Notes: generated by a model from the letters alone, not told the origin. A stretch of DNA of 64,000 bases from Penicillus capitatus (GCA_965649825.1 OZ287697.1:1598351-1662350), one strand, 5' to 3'. Counted from the stretch's first letter, positions 1-13,768 are shown. Numbers and translations are program-made.

Positions 1-2877
1 GGGCAGTGTTGTTGCTGATGTGCATGTCCGTGATGTCGACAGTGCCTGGCCTTGTGGAGAACAGTCCACCTCCGTTGTTGATGGCATTGTTCCCTGCGAG
101 AAGCAGTTGGCTGGCAGTAAGATTGCTCCGAGACAAGTAGATGCCGCCTCCCTCGTTATCAGAATGACTGGCTGTGATACTGACATTTGCCAACACAGCA
201 GATGCATGCTCTGTCAAGCGCAGTCCACCACCATCCTTAGATGCCCAACAGTCCTGGATGGTCGTATTCCGCAGCGTGAGATTTCCACTTCTAATATTGA
301 TGCAGCCACCCACTCGAGCAGTCCCATTCTCTAATGATGAATCACTGATGAGCAGAAGACGGGGTTCTATGGCTTGTATGAATCCGCCAGTCTCACATCG
401 ACTGTTCTTGAAAGTGCATCGACTCAGGTTGAATGTGGAATGCTCAGTATATAGTGCGCCGCCGTTCTGCGTGCTCTGATTATCGATGAAAGTAACATTT
501 ACTAAAGCATCGTCGTCGCTGTGAGTTTCCAGCATGGCGCCACCAGCTCTGGCAGAATTGTTCTTGAAGACAGAGTTGATTACGGTCATGTTCCTCGAAC
601 CGACGGCGTAGAGGCCTCCTGCTGATTGAATGACAGCATTCCCTTCAAAAATCAACTCATCTCCAAAAATCGTTGATCCAAATCCATAGACGCCCCCTCC
701 ATATCCTGCTCGATTTGCTACAAAGCGTGTACGAGTGATGATAGCTGTTCCAAATTGGGCCACTAAGATGCCGCCTCCACTTTGTGCAGCTTGGCACTCT
801 TGAAGGGTCACATTGTGAACAGTGACTGTAGCCATCCCGCAGTTCACGCAAGCGCCTGACCTTGCAGTGCCATTTCTGAAGAGAGAATGTCTGACGTCGA
901 CGTAAGATCCTTCTCTGATCTTTATACATCCGCCACTTTCTGCCCTTCCGTTGGCGAGGATGCACCGTCTGATAGTGGCATTCGACTCGGAGACAAGGAC
1001 GGATCCTCCCTCTAAGGATGCAGAATTCTCGGTGAAGGTGACGTCGACGAAGTCGCCAACGGAATTTGATAAAAGCCAGACTGCTCCTCCTCTCTCGGCC
1101 GAGTTGTTGCGGAAAAGCGAATCTCTGATGGACAGTTCCGACTCCACTGCGTGCACGGCGCTTCCATTGTTGTCTGCCAGATTCAGTCCATCGCCGACGA
1201 TCTGCGTCTCCGTGATGTAGAGTCCCGCTCCTTGTTCTGCCGATCCATTGTCGATGCGGCATCTTCGGATGTCGAGTCTGGATTCTTTGGCATGAACTGC
1301 ACCGCCAGACGTCGATGCGTTGTTCTGGTCGAACTCGCAGTCGGAGAGGTTGGCCGAGAGGGCCAGATCCAGATAGAGAACGCCGCCGACGTCGGCTGCG
1401 TTCTTGCTGAAAGTGGTATCTGCGATGGCGACGTTAGATTCGGAGGCGGCCATCACTCCGCCAGAACTGTTGGCCCTGTTTGAGACGAATCGGCATGACC
1501 GGATGAGGGCAGAGCTAGCCGCTCGAAGACTCAAGGCGCCGCCCTGTCTTGCTTCGTTCCGTCTGAATGTGTCGTTCGCCAAGGTCACATTCGAGCTTGT
1601 TGCTAAGATGGTGGATCCGTTCATGCCAGCATTCTCTTCGAAACGAGTGTCCCGGACGGATGCAGATGCACTCGACAGTCGAATGCATGGAGTGGCAGCG
1701 TCCGCCTCGGACATGTTGACTGTATTCCGGACGAAGGAAGCGTTAGACAGATCCAACGATCCACTCTCGACATGGATGATGGGACACGCGTTCCCCGTTG
1801 CGTCCATGCGCTCGATGAATGTCTCTGACCCGTCTGAACCGTGGAACACTACTGTGCTGGCGTTGGCGGAGTCCGACAGACGGTTCTGCCGAACGCGGAT
1901 GTTCTGCAGCCGGTTCCGACGAGACAGCGTCACACCACAGTGACCGCCGCACTCGTTGTCGGAGAATTCGAAGTCCATCAGTTCCAGTCTGGAGCAGGAA
2001 GGACTCTCCATGGCGAGAGCAGCAGCATCGATCACGGTGTTCCGCTCAAAGCTGACGTGCTGGAGCTGGATGACGCCTTGCGTTCTGCTGGACTGGCACT
2101 CCTCCACCTCGACGATACCTCGAGACCCAGAAGAACCTCTCAGAGAGCAGTTCTCGAATCTGAGATTGGCAAACAGAACACTTCTGGATCTACACAGAAA
2201 CAGAGTGTTAAAATCACCTTCTCGCCAAGGCTGTTAGGCTCACTTGACAAGGAAGGCTCCTTCTCTGTCGCCGGGGCATGTGATAGACGCCTTCCGCGGG
2301 GCTCTCGGGTAGAGACCCTCCACACTCCGAGTTCTGCCCGTCGCCGCGCTGATCGTCACGTTCCACGGGATGGTGACTCTGGTCGCTGGGCGGACGACTT
2401 CACTGACGTCGAAGACGAGCGTATCTCCTTCTGCCGTACAGTTGACGATGACCTGCAGGTCGTTATCAATCGCCTCAAGGATATCGCCGTCGATGCGCCA
2501 AGTACGCGCCGCTGCGTCGAGATACCGACGCATCTCACTTCTGCTCAAGGCGCACGGATACTCTGAGCAAATTCACATACCAAGTCCTCAGTCCATCGTG
2601 GCGCAACTGCTGTCTCGTAGTGCTCACCCGAATCTGAACTATCGGCCTCGTTCTGCAGCAGGCGTTTCCCGAGACTCTGTTTTCCGATAGCGAGTTCGTC
2701 GTCCGGCAGTCGAGACGCCATACGCGAAGAATCCTCGAACCCGTCAATGCCGTTTCCGACCCTCTCCGACACGGGCCGGCTACGGTCCAAACGTATGGTC
2801 ATTTCAGCTGTGGCGCATCGCGAAGGCAGAAATGCCAAGAGGCAGAAAACGGAGAGGAGTCGAAAGAGAGTGTCCAT
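1..2877 (-). CDS. Pmp-like beta-helix repeat surface protein, paralog 1 (3' part runs off the window)
   Basis: ATG at 2877 gives the signal peptide MDTLFRLLSVFCLLAFLPSRCATA. GT-AG introns at 2627-2563 and 2243-2190. Exon 2 (YLDAAARTWRIDGDILEAIDNDLQVIVNCTAEGDTLVFDV) matches the other paralogs. I translated the minus frame from 2189 to base 1 by hand; it is open and full of GGA(I/L/V) and FxxN motifs. It is absent from the ORF track because no stop falls inside the window. Confidence 0.88.
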
Positions 2878-4288
2878 GGCGAGGGTTACAATGTCCGTTT
2901 CACCGACAATGAGCTCCTCCAAATATAAAAAGCCTCGACGGTTGTCTGGACATTCTGCCCATCACGAATCACTGCCTCAGCTTGGAAGCTGGCCGAAACT
3001 GATCGATGGAGTGCATCATTGACCGGTCCCCTTTCGCTAAGCCTCTCGTTCGATGGCTTCTTCTGCAACCGCAGGAAGAGTTGCGTCCGTAGTATTCTGG
3101 CGATTGCTTCTCAGCGACGATAGCGCGACGGACAGAGTCAGAACAGGAGAAGAGAATCTTGGGCTTGACATGCGGACACGCAGGCCGACCGTGACGCGAC
3201 GGACGTGATCGATTCCATCGCGCGGCAGCTGCCGGTCGACCGAGCTTCCGCGTCCCTGCCTCCTTTGCTTCTAGGAGGCTACCTTTCACGTTACGGAGAT
3301 TCCACTCACGAGCTCTCTTTTCGGCGCGGTCCACAGAGCAACTGCTCGTGACACGAATGGTCCAATGACTGAACCCCACGGAAAGAGATCAGATATCGTT
3401 GAAAACGATCTCTGCCTTCTTGATGCGGCAGATGACGATGGGTGGGGTTTTTGCGTTGCATTGCCACTGTATGTATCTATATCTGGAAAATGAAGTTTGG
3501 AATGGAGAGATGACAGAAGCTCAATGACACACAGCGAGCGGGAGGAGATAGACTCCTGTCACGTCATTTTATCAGAAGCAATCTGAGCGAGAAGGAGAAG
3601 AACAGAACCAAGAGCTTTGTAGCTGCGGTATTCTGTAGGAGAAAGTGATTGAAAGGAGGGCATGTCACTCGGAAGCGTGGGTGTGATCTATCTGCATGAC
3701 TGGTATCGCACCACGTCAATGACATCCTGGATGTTGTAAATGCACAAAGGATCCCCAAATGGATTTAGAACCTGTTGGCTCGCGGTGTCATACACTTTGT
3801 GTTACCTGATGACTGACAGAAAGATGCATCTACCTGCGAAAAAATACCCGACCGTAGATAGTACCGTATATGACTGTAGATACGCCGCTTTCGCTGTGTG
3901 TTCGTTCTCGTGCATCTCGAGCATGCGCAACAGGAATGTGTTTGTCGCTATTGTGTGACAAACCAACAGGACGAGCGGATCTGCCTCGGCCGTCATGCTT
4001 AAGCCATCCATCAGCAAGGAACAAAGACATAGTGATGTGACCGACTTCCTGGCCTGGCGGTCACGAGGTGTGTGCACACCACGTGCCCAAACAGGACGAC
4101 GGCGGTATTCTGATAAGGACGGGAACGAGACGTCGACGCTCGCAGTTACTACAATATCTGGTTCGAGATTGTGTCTACAATTGAAGCGACAGGCGTACAT
4201 CGCTGGATTTACTAACCCTCCTTCACGTGTATGCGTACGAAGTAAACTCCACGTCTGTCAGCCACTTAAAAGAAACTTTGGGAAAACG

Positions 4289-7200
4289 ATGGCCCCTAAA
4301 TCCCGCCTGCTTCATTTTGCTCTCTTCATAAACGTCCTTCATCTTCTCCCATCTACGTCTCCGACGACGCCAGGAGAGACGCTGCCCGTAGCGCACAGTC
4401 GAGGATTGCTGACATCCGACGCCGACACCAGCACACGCTCAAAAGAAAGAGGCCGCCAACGCACGACCCTTAAAAGGCAGAGGACTCACAGTCGGCGCGC
4501 ACTGCAGGACGAGATGGACGGTGATGTTGACGGCGGAAGGTCCGAAAAAGGTCAGACCACGCGCAGCACTCGAGACACCAGCCAAACGACTGGCGTTTGT
4601 GTCTCTGTAGAGGCATACACGTGTCACTTGCGAGCAAGGCAGATACAGGCCTTCCTTGACCCTGCAGAGCGTATCTGGCGTGTTGACGAGGCGGTTCTCG
4701 ATGCCATCGACAGCGACCTGCAGTCCCTTGTCAACTGCACACGTGAAGGCGACACACTGCTCTTCGATGTTCGTGGCACCATCAAACCGACGACGCGTGT
4801 CACGATTCCGTGGAGTCTGACGATGAGCGCCGTGACCGACAGCACTCGCCTGGTGGACGGCATCTACCCTCGAGCACCGAAGAAGACATCTTTCACTTGT
4901 CCCGATATCCAGCAAGGCGTTTTTCTTGTCAAGTAGGCAAATCTTATTTGCAGCGACGGGGAATCGAGGCGGGTTGTCTCGTCATTCAGGTCTGGGCGTG
5001 TACTCTTGGCCAATCTTCGTTTCAAAGGATGTCGTTTTGATCGACCTGTCGAGTCCAGGGCTATCGTGAAGGTCGAGGATTGTTCACTGGAGGACGCCAG
5101 AACCATCGTCCAGCTGCATCACGTTAGCTTCGACGGCAATACGCTCATCGGTGCTTCGGGTCTCGATGGCGGCGCGTCGTTTTGCTCGAGGTTGAAATGG
5201 ATCGACGTTACATTCAGACGAAACGTGTGCGACGGCGCCTGCGGTGTGCTGCTGTCCACAGATAACGTTCTGCGCGATGTCCGTGTCCGGGGAGTACTGA
5301 GATCTGACAGGATCGATGCTAGACCTGTGGTCTTCTATGGAGGCAATGTCTCGTACACCGAAGCGAGCGGCAGCAAGGCAATCGCCAACGAAGCGGAGAT
5401 GTTTCGAATCGAAGGTGGAATCCTGGACCTCAGGAAGTCAGAATTCTTAGGCGTCTCTCCGAACGCCGAAACGAAGAATCACTCACACAGTGCTTGCATT
5501 CATCTCACGCGTTCCGAAGCTGTGATCGACGGTTGCCTATTCCAAGGCCATCGAGTAAAAGATGAGGCCACGATCTATGCCGAAGACGGCTCAAACGTGA
5601 CCCTGCGCCGTTCGTCATTGAATGGCATTAAGGCAAAGAAAGGCGGCGCCATCGCTTTGCGGGACACGAGGGCCTTCATCAAGAACGTGTCAGTAATCTC
5701 GTGTTCATCTCAAGAAGACGGCGGAGGCATCTACGCAGTGAACTCCAACATCACAGCGGACGGAATCACACTGCAGGCAAACAGTGCCGACAATGCTGGA
5801 GGTGCCATTTACGTTGAGGGTCAGACCACGCTCGATGTGCGCGATGCCACGTTCGAGAGGAACAAAGCGCGAATCGGAGGGGCGATCTGTGCAAAGGAGA
5901 AGGCGACAGGACGTTTCATCCGTGTGCTCTTTACAGGAAACTCGGCAGAAGAGGTCGGCGGATCGCTGCGCCTATTTGGAGCGAACATGACCTTCACCGA
6001 ATGCACTTTCACAAACGGCAGCGCAGAGGATGGCGGATTCGTTGCCATCCGAGACAACGCCACCGTCACCATCGAACACTCGACACTGACAGACGGTCAG
6101 GCCAGAGCAGACGGTGGATGCCTCCAGGCAAACCAAGGCCACTTCAAGCTCAAGGACGTCACTCTGCAGGAATGCGTTGCCAGGGTCGATGGCGGCGCTA
6201 TGCGACTCGCAAGTGCCTCTGCCGACATCGCCGATTGCACCATGCTGTCTAACTGGGCCAGAGACGATGGTGGATGTCTGTATGCGGAACTCTCAGTGAT
6301 CGCCGGGATTCGATGGACTGCTAACAACAACAGCGCTGGCGATCATGCAGGAGCGCTCTTCGTTCGATTTCAGACGGAGATTTCGGTAAGGGACTCCGTA
6401 TTCCGCAATACGATGGCGGACAACGGCGGAGTGGTTTTTCAAGAACCGGACTCCCTTGCGCATTTCGTGAATGTCTCCTTCGTGAACAGCACCGTTATCA
6501 CCGAGGGCGGAGTGTTCTTTATCCACGGATCGATGACAGTCCTTGACAACTGCGTTTTCGATCACAACAGTGCAGCGACTGGCGGCGTCGTGTATGCACA
6601 TAGGGGTTTCAATCTCACCATCCGCCATTCGGAAATGAGGAACGGCAGAGGAGAACGCAGCGGCTGTCTGCACGCGCTCAATGGACACCTGGACATCCAC
6701 AATTCGACTGTGCGAAGCTGCGGATCTGCTGGAAACGCCGGAGCTATGTATCTGCTTGAAATGGAGGTCCGCATCTCGAACGGCAGTTTCTCGGAGAATT
6801 ATGCGAAGTACGGTGGCGGAGCGATCTTTGCAGAGAAGACAAACTTCACTGGCGAGGCAATGACCGTCGAGAACAACACAGCAGTTATCCTTGGTGGCGG
6901 GTTGTTCTTTATGCAATCCAGATTCCGCCTGACGCATGTGACGTTCAAGGACAACTTTGCTGGCGGCGGCGGAGCCATGCATCAGAGTGAAAGCACTGGA
7001 GCAGTTGTCGATGTGACATCTGTGAACAACGTCTGCTCCGAAAGCGGTGGCACCTTCCACGTCACAAACTCCAGTTTGAACATCCGGCGTTCGGAGTTTC
7101 GCGAAGGGAGAGCGCTTTCGCACGGCGGCTACATTTTGGCGTCTGGAGGAAGCGTGGTTTCCATCGCAGATGTCCAGATGAGTCACGGACAGGCAGCCAG

Positions 7201-10147
7201 AGGAGGAGCCATCTTTGTGACGGCGTCCTCTGTCGAAGCAAGGCATCTCTTTGTCTCTAACTGCACGGCAGCTTCCGACGGCGGCGCCATCAGAGGAACG
7301 GGCGACCTTTCTCTTTTATGCACCGACTGTATCCTCGAAGGCAACGAAGCAAAAGCCAGCGGCGGCGCCTTTTCTTTTGAACCTGACGTCGGCACATGTG
7401 CGGCCATCGAACTCAAGAACAGTACGATCCAACATAACAGCGCTCGATTTGGAGGTAAGATTCGATGCTTCAGTTATGAAGGCTGCAGGTGCTGTGTAGG
7501 AGGACTGCACGTGTCGAGCAGTGATCAAGCGTCACAGCAGGCGCACGACCTCTCCATCTGCGAGATCATCAAGCTGTCGGATTCGATCCTAGCGCACAAC
7601 AGTGCTCAAGTGGCAGGAGGAGCGATATTCACAAGCCGTGCCCAGAACATACGCGTCGATTGCCCGTCGAACAGCGAGGGGATGGCTGCTATGTCTGCGG
7701 AGAATCGAGGGAGATCGAAGGGCAGACTCGACGCGATCGACGATCTCTGTGAGACGTGGCGTAGCAACAGTGCCGGACTGTACGGCCACGACGTTGCGAC
7801 GTTCGTTTCTCGCGTGGTGACAAGTGTGAAGGTCAACGAGATCAACGTCACGGTATCGAACGTGACAGATCCAGGCCGCATCGGACCCTACAGAAGTGGC
7901 AGTCCTCTCTGCATCGCCCTGAAGGCCGTGGATGATTTTGGCCAAGCTCCGGCTGTGGGCACAGACAACCATCCCGTCGTGTCCAAGATCTCATCTCCAG
8001 ATCATCTGTTTGCTGGAAGCAACAGTATCCTTATGGAACCGTACATCCTAGAATTCACTGCGACGGGTCATGCCCGGCCTGGCACATATCATATTGCCTT
8101 CGAATTCAGTGAAGATTCACTGGAGCGTTTCGAAGTCGAGGTGGAGGTACAGCAATGCATGATTGGAGAGGAGCCTTCTGAAGACAGGACGTCCTGCGAG
8201 CCCTGCAGCGCCGCCACTTACAGTTTTGTTCTGGAGGAAGATTCAGAGTGCCTTCCTTGTCCCGAGAACGGAAACTGCACGACTCAAGTTATTCTGCCAC
8301 GAAAGGGATACTGGCACAAGACGCCGTGCTCTACACATCTCCAAGAATGCCTCTCGTCTGAGGCGTGCAGTTTTAAAGAACGAGAGATCCAACTGGCTGC
8401 GGCAACGGAGAACGTCAGCAGCTGCGAATTTAGTGACGCCGATATCCGGAGCTACACAGAAGTTCAGTGCAGAGAGGTAAACAACGAACGCACATCTGGA
8501 TCGCTCCGGCAGTGGATGGTGTTTGCAGGGACACGAGGGACCTCTGTGCGGATCCTGTAAGCCGTCCCACGGGAGATCGCACTCTCAGCTGTGCGAGAAG
8601 TGCTTTGCTGGATCCAGTAACTATGTCTTAGTATTCGTATCGTTTTTTATTCTTCTCATACTTTCGGCGGTGACAGTGAAAAGCAACTCCATCTCTACAC
8701 CGGGAAAGAGCAGAAAATTTTTGGCGTCGGTTTCTGACCAGGAGTCGGCATCGACTGCGTCATCTTTCGTTGTCGTCAATGAACAGATGGTGGAGATGAT
8801 GGTCACGGGTCGTGTGCCGCAAGCGATACTGCATCCAGAACTGCAGTCTGCGCCGCCGGCGGCGACGCCGGAAGATACAGAACTCACAAAATGGAAAGCT
8901 GTGGAGATGTTCAAGGTTCGGATCAACTCCTTTGACCAACACAAAGCGTCTGTTGCAGATACTCGTGAATTTTCTTCAGGTGACGGCGATCGCCGTTGCC
9001 ATCAACGTGAACTGGACACTGATGATGATCGCCCTCTTCGAAGCCGCAGGTATGAGGCATACAGTTCATCAACGTCACTCTTTGGGTCACTCTTCTGTTC
9101 TGCGCAGAGATTATTAGTGGCTTTACCTCGGAGGCGGTGAACCGATCGGTGGACTGCATCGTTCCGGAAGATGCCTCGATGGAACGATCGATTGTCAGCA
9201 TCCTAGTCGACGTCTGCCTTCCGTTCGGCGTCATCTGCGTGTTCAGCCTCTTCTGGTGGGTCGTTAAGATGAAGCGAGGCGAGACATGGTCCTATCTGCT
9301 GAAGAAAAGCATCCTGACCACCATCGCCGTTCTGCACATCAGCTACATCTCGCTCAGCAAGACGCTCGTCAGTGTTCTGCACTGTGTGGAAGTTCACGAT
9401 TCTGTCGATGTGGAGATCGACGTCACATCAAGCTACTGGGTCATGGACACCAAGATCCGCTGCTATGAAGGATCCCATACCTTCTTGGCTTTACTATTGG
9501 GATGGCCTTTTCTGATCATCTTCACTTTTGGATTCCCTGCAGCGACCGCCTTCCTCACCATCCGAAACGTCGAGGAGGAGTACAAGGATGGCTGGATCTA
9601 CGAGACATGCGGTTTCCTCTATCGATCCTACCGGAAGGAGTACGTCTTCTGGGAATCGGTCATTATGTTCCGGAAGGCGATTCTGGTAGCGATCGTCATT
9701 TTTTCGAGCCCACTGGGCTCCGACCTGCAGCAAGTGCTCGCCGTGCTTCTTTTCACTTTCGCTCTCTACCTCCAAATGATGTGCTGTCCCTACCGTTCCG
9801 AGTTTGACAGCCTGAATCGAATGGAGAGCGCATCCATTCTTGTTTCTGCAATGACTTTCGGCTCGAGTATGTTCTTCAACAACGAACACGTATCCTCTGC
9901 TGTTCGCATTATCCTCACTGTCAGTCTTGTATTGTGTAATATCACTCTTTTTGTGTTTTTTCTTATTGTTTTTGCGATTCTTGCTGCTAATTATTTGAGA
10001 ACGATTCTCGATCGGGAGGGAGTATTGTACGACCGAGAAGGTCGTGCCCATCACATTCTGATGGTCTATTGCTTACATTACCTCTGTGGACGTGGAACGG
10101 ACACCATTCTCAGTCTGTTTTGCACGGCTCCAGCGAGCATTACTTGA
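4289..10147 (+). CDS. Pmp-like beta-helix, Cys-rich (TNFR/ephrin-receptor-like) and multi-pass membrane protein, paralog 2 (intact)
   Basis: ATG 4289 with signal peptide. Introns 4551-4610, 4933-4989, 7455-7499, 8477-8528, 8916-8958, 9050-9107 join ORFs 3995-4936, 5006-8560, 8523-9140, 8812-9117 and 9137-10147 in frame. GGAI/FxxN repeats; CEPC...CLPCPENGNC...GYWH...GPLCGSC Cys-rich block; about 8-9 hydrophobic helices including FLYRSYRKEYVFWESVIMFRK. Confidence 0.92.
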
Positions 10148-11856
10148 GGTGTGTCTGACGAAGACCTGTCTGTCACTTTCAGCTTCAATCTGTCGTCTGT
10201 CTGTTCTGCTGTGACCTGAGCGTTCGTTCGCTCGCGTATGACTTTATCTATTAACCACTCGAAAAGACGATCGGTGTAACGAAAAGCAGAGTTTAAATGA
10301 TTTATCTGTCTGTCCCTCATCGCCTGCATTTCAGGTTTCCTCCGACCTGCGTCGGTGAATCTTTCTTCTTCAGGTGAAATCAGCGTTCTCGATCTGCAGG
10401 ATAGATATCAGACGCCGACCGGGAATATGCCCCTGATTTGACGCTTGGTTGCTGAAGAATCGTGAACACGGTGGATCACACTATCGGCGATCAAAGCGCG
10501 TGAGATAGATACATTTCTTCTTATGTTCAGTCGTCAGGCAATTCTCTAACGGTAGACTTCGGCGTCGTTTCGAACGAAAGGCAGAGAACGTCAGTCTTGC
10601 AGAAACCTCTCTGTATCGAGGGTTCGAGACGTGGTGCCTCAACGAGCGTCGACTGGCCGCGTCGCATCACCTGCCGTATCTGACCGTACAAATACGACGT
10701 TAGAGCACAGACCAACGGACTTGACAACTCTGTCATGTTCTTGTATCACACACAGTGCAGCAGAAAGCCGAACGGAATGCTGAAAACGCAGCGGTGACAA
10801 TCGGTGTTGGCAAACTGCCTTTCTGATGACGGTTGTTGCTTAGAGACGACACCTGGTGTGTAACTCGGAGGCGTTCGAGGAGCGCATCACTCGGGTTCCG
10901 TCGTCCCATATCAACACCATCCGGCAACCGAAACGTACGTTGACGAGTGCGTTCTTTCGCTACCCTTCGCAGCTTCAGACGGCTTTTCAGATGAATGTAT
11001 GGTTAGGAAATGCATCGTAGTGCAACCAAGCGAAGCGTCGTTGTTTGCTCAGACTCCGTGCGCAATTCATGGACCGCCTAAGCTTCTTTCATTATCGTCG
11101 TATCAGGTGGCAGAGATGAATGGACGAATAAAAAAGGGACCTGTCAGACCTCGCGGCGCAGAAACAGTCCTGACAAAGCGAGAGACGCTCCAAGATTCTA
11201 GCATTTACGCATTAGCAATCTATCGGGGTTACAGGAAAAGCCTCGGTGCAGCGAAACGCGACGCGGAAGTGCGTGAGGTTGGAGGCCATTCTCGGGAGAG
11301 CCGATGCGCAGAACATGGAAAGGGGTGCAAGAGCTTCAGACGCAGTGCGTCACGTTACGGCAGTCATTTCAGCTCATGCGATTTCCTCTGCGTTTAGTCA
11401 TGAAGAGCTGCCGACGGACAAATTCCAATTCGCAGTCGACTGCGATGCGCGAGTCTCACGATTCGAATAAACTGTGCCGAGAATGGCGTGCTGGATGCAG
11501 GAAGGCAAAGAAGCTTCCCTTCAAGGCAGAACACCTCTAAAAAGAGCGTTGCGAGGCGCATAGGTACGAAATTGAGACGGAAGACCGCGAATAGGAAGAG
11601 AGGTTTGTATGAAAAGACGTTTGGAAGATGCAAGCGGAGAGAACGAAGAGATCAAGACACGGTACAGGGCGAACTGCTGGATACGGAGCGTATCAAAAAA
11701 GAGGAATGAGTGAGCAGTTATCATCTGTGATGTGTGATGTTTTGTGACCTGTAGGTATATCGAACTGGGGAGGAATATCTAACCAGCGTCGAAGATGATC
11801 AAACAGCGTCTTATTGCTGTCGCATCATTCATTGTGCGAACATTGGTCTCAGTTAG

Positions 11857-13400
11857 CCGTTTATACCCGAAATCCAAAGGGGACGCGCGAAATGCTTTTG
11901 GAAACAGAAGGGAAAATCTGAAGAGCCAAGCAAAAGAGTGCGCGAGCTCTGTAAGGGCGTCGGAATTCGGACGACTGGATCGGTTCAGGATATCAAAATG
12001 CGTCCGGAACTGGAATCGAACCGTCAGCTCTGTTAATATTCCAGCGGATTGCGTTCGTCGTCTCTCGAACACCTAAAAAATCCACGGGCAGTATCTCCTG
12101 ATCGTAGGACAACGCAGAAAAGGCAACACGATGATGCACCGCAGAAATGGCTAGATGAAAATGCGCAATACAGACCATTCAAGGTGAGGAAATGAAGAAC
12201 ATGAATGCAAAGATGCAACGTGCAGTGCAGAGGCGGTCCGATGTGCCGTGCGTTCGTGGAAGCGGCGTTGGAAAGAACCGAGAATACCATCGGTATATAG
12301 CTTCCAGAACAACTTCCACCATTTACGAGGCTCGGGAAGAATCCACGAGCGATACTCCCACTGAGAGTGAGATCGCTGGAATGCTGTTGTTCGCGCGCCG
12401 AGACGACATGACATCCAAGTGAAGGACATTCCCTGCACCGAAAGGAAGTTGTCGATCTTGTCAGAAGCTTTGACGTGCTCGCATGCTCGAAGAGATTTTG
12501 TTGTTTGTTCAAATAGGAAGACACGACGCAAACGTCGAAATCACCTTCGCGTGAAGAAAGCATGAACAGCATATGAGCCAGCACCCCTACAGAATTGCTA
12601 CACAATCCACCTCCTGTTGGTAATGTACTACAGCTGTCGTGTTGTTTCTACGAAACAGTACATTAGCTGATGTCCGTTACACATCAGGTAAGGGAACTCA
12701 GATAATTGGAGCGACGAGCTGCATCAAGGTTTGCTCCAGTGTTGCTTTCGTTGGTTGCGTGTCTGGTCCAGTGGATCAGCTACGCAGCGAAGAATCTACG
12801 GCGGTGTGTATAGTTTAAGGCGTTTGTTACACAGAGCAATAGATTACCTGCTCGTGGCACGTCGCATCACGCCACATTACTCTCCGTTGATGCAATTAAT
12901 GGACCATCGTCAGCGACCACGCTCCGCACTTGCGTCTCGCGTTTGGATCCTGCAGAACCGGAGTTATCTGCAGTCGATTTCCTATTTCTTCCTTGGCAGC
13001 TTGAGCAGAGGACAGCAGTGATGAAGAGTAATGATTCGTTAACAGCTCTCCCCATTCATTCCTTCTTATGTCAGCTCCGCGAGTCGTCTATCGCAAAGTG
13101 CTGTTGTTTCTGTGTGACCTAGATTGATTAAACAGTAACTGTGCATATGTAGCTTCATCCAAAGTTCGCACAAAGTCCACATACGATGCACAAGATTCGA
13201 AAGCACACACCAAGAGGCATGTTCGACGTGCGACGGGTAAGCTTAGAGTCACTGATCTAATGCAATCTCAGGTTTTCTCTGTAAAGACGACGAAGCGAAT
13301 GAATAACATTCGTGGCCAGAAAGAAACGAGAACCGATCGAAACCGACTGGGAAGCATAACAAAACGGCTTCTCCATGAGCCGTTTGTTCATGGAAAGCAG
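11857..13400 (+). mobile_element. Possible highly degenerate transposon remnant with a SAP-like motif (KDZ/CxC-type?)
   Basis: An unlisted + frame at 11929-12003 reads SKRVRELCKGVGIRTTGSVQDIKMR, which fits the SAP domain pattern. The surrounding frames look like coding sequence broken by many stops. Family assignment is speculative. Confidence 0.25.
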
Positions 13401-13732
13401 AGAGCTTCCAGTCGATCTCCATCTCCTTTAGTTGCGGACTAGCTTGTAGTATCTGCTGATGTCGCACATCGATTGGACTGTGCAGGTGACTCCTACTGTC
13501 TGGATTCTTCTGCTACCCTTTCTGTTTGCGACGAAGGCTGCTGCTGTTCTTATTAAGCTGATATTGGGGGGCAGAGTTAGAGGTGGTTGGATGAAGCTGA
13601 CAGCTGCATATCTAGCCTATAAGGACAGAAAAGGGGCATGTACACGACGTATCACGACACCAAATACGCTAATCATAAAGTGTGACTGATTCTGTGGAAG
13701 GTTCCGCATTGTACTGTGTGTTTGTGCAGTTC

Positions 13733-13768
13733 AGTATCTTAACATGGCGAACCGCCTGTTAAGATACT
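13733..13768. other. Strong DNA hairpin
   Basis: agtatcttaaca(t)ggcg-aac-cgcctgttaagatact: 16-bp stem with one bulge and a 3-nt loop. Confidence 0.7.

Noticed and set aside
20-2566. Many + strand ORFs overlapping paralog 1 (also seen at 24679-25476 and 35179-38957)
   Set aside because: Antisense shadows of real minus-strand genes.
3995-4288. N-terminal extension of ORF 3995-4936 (likewise 14569-14694 and 29430-29365)
   Set aside because: Paralog comparison and signal peptide position place the true starts downstream (4289, 14695, 29364).
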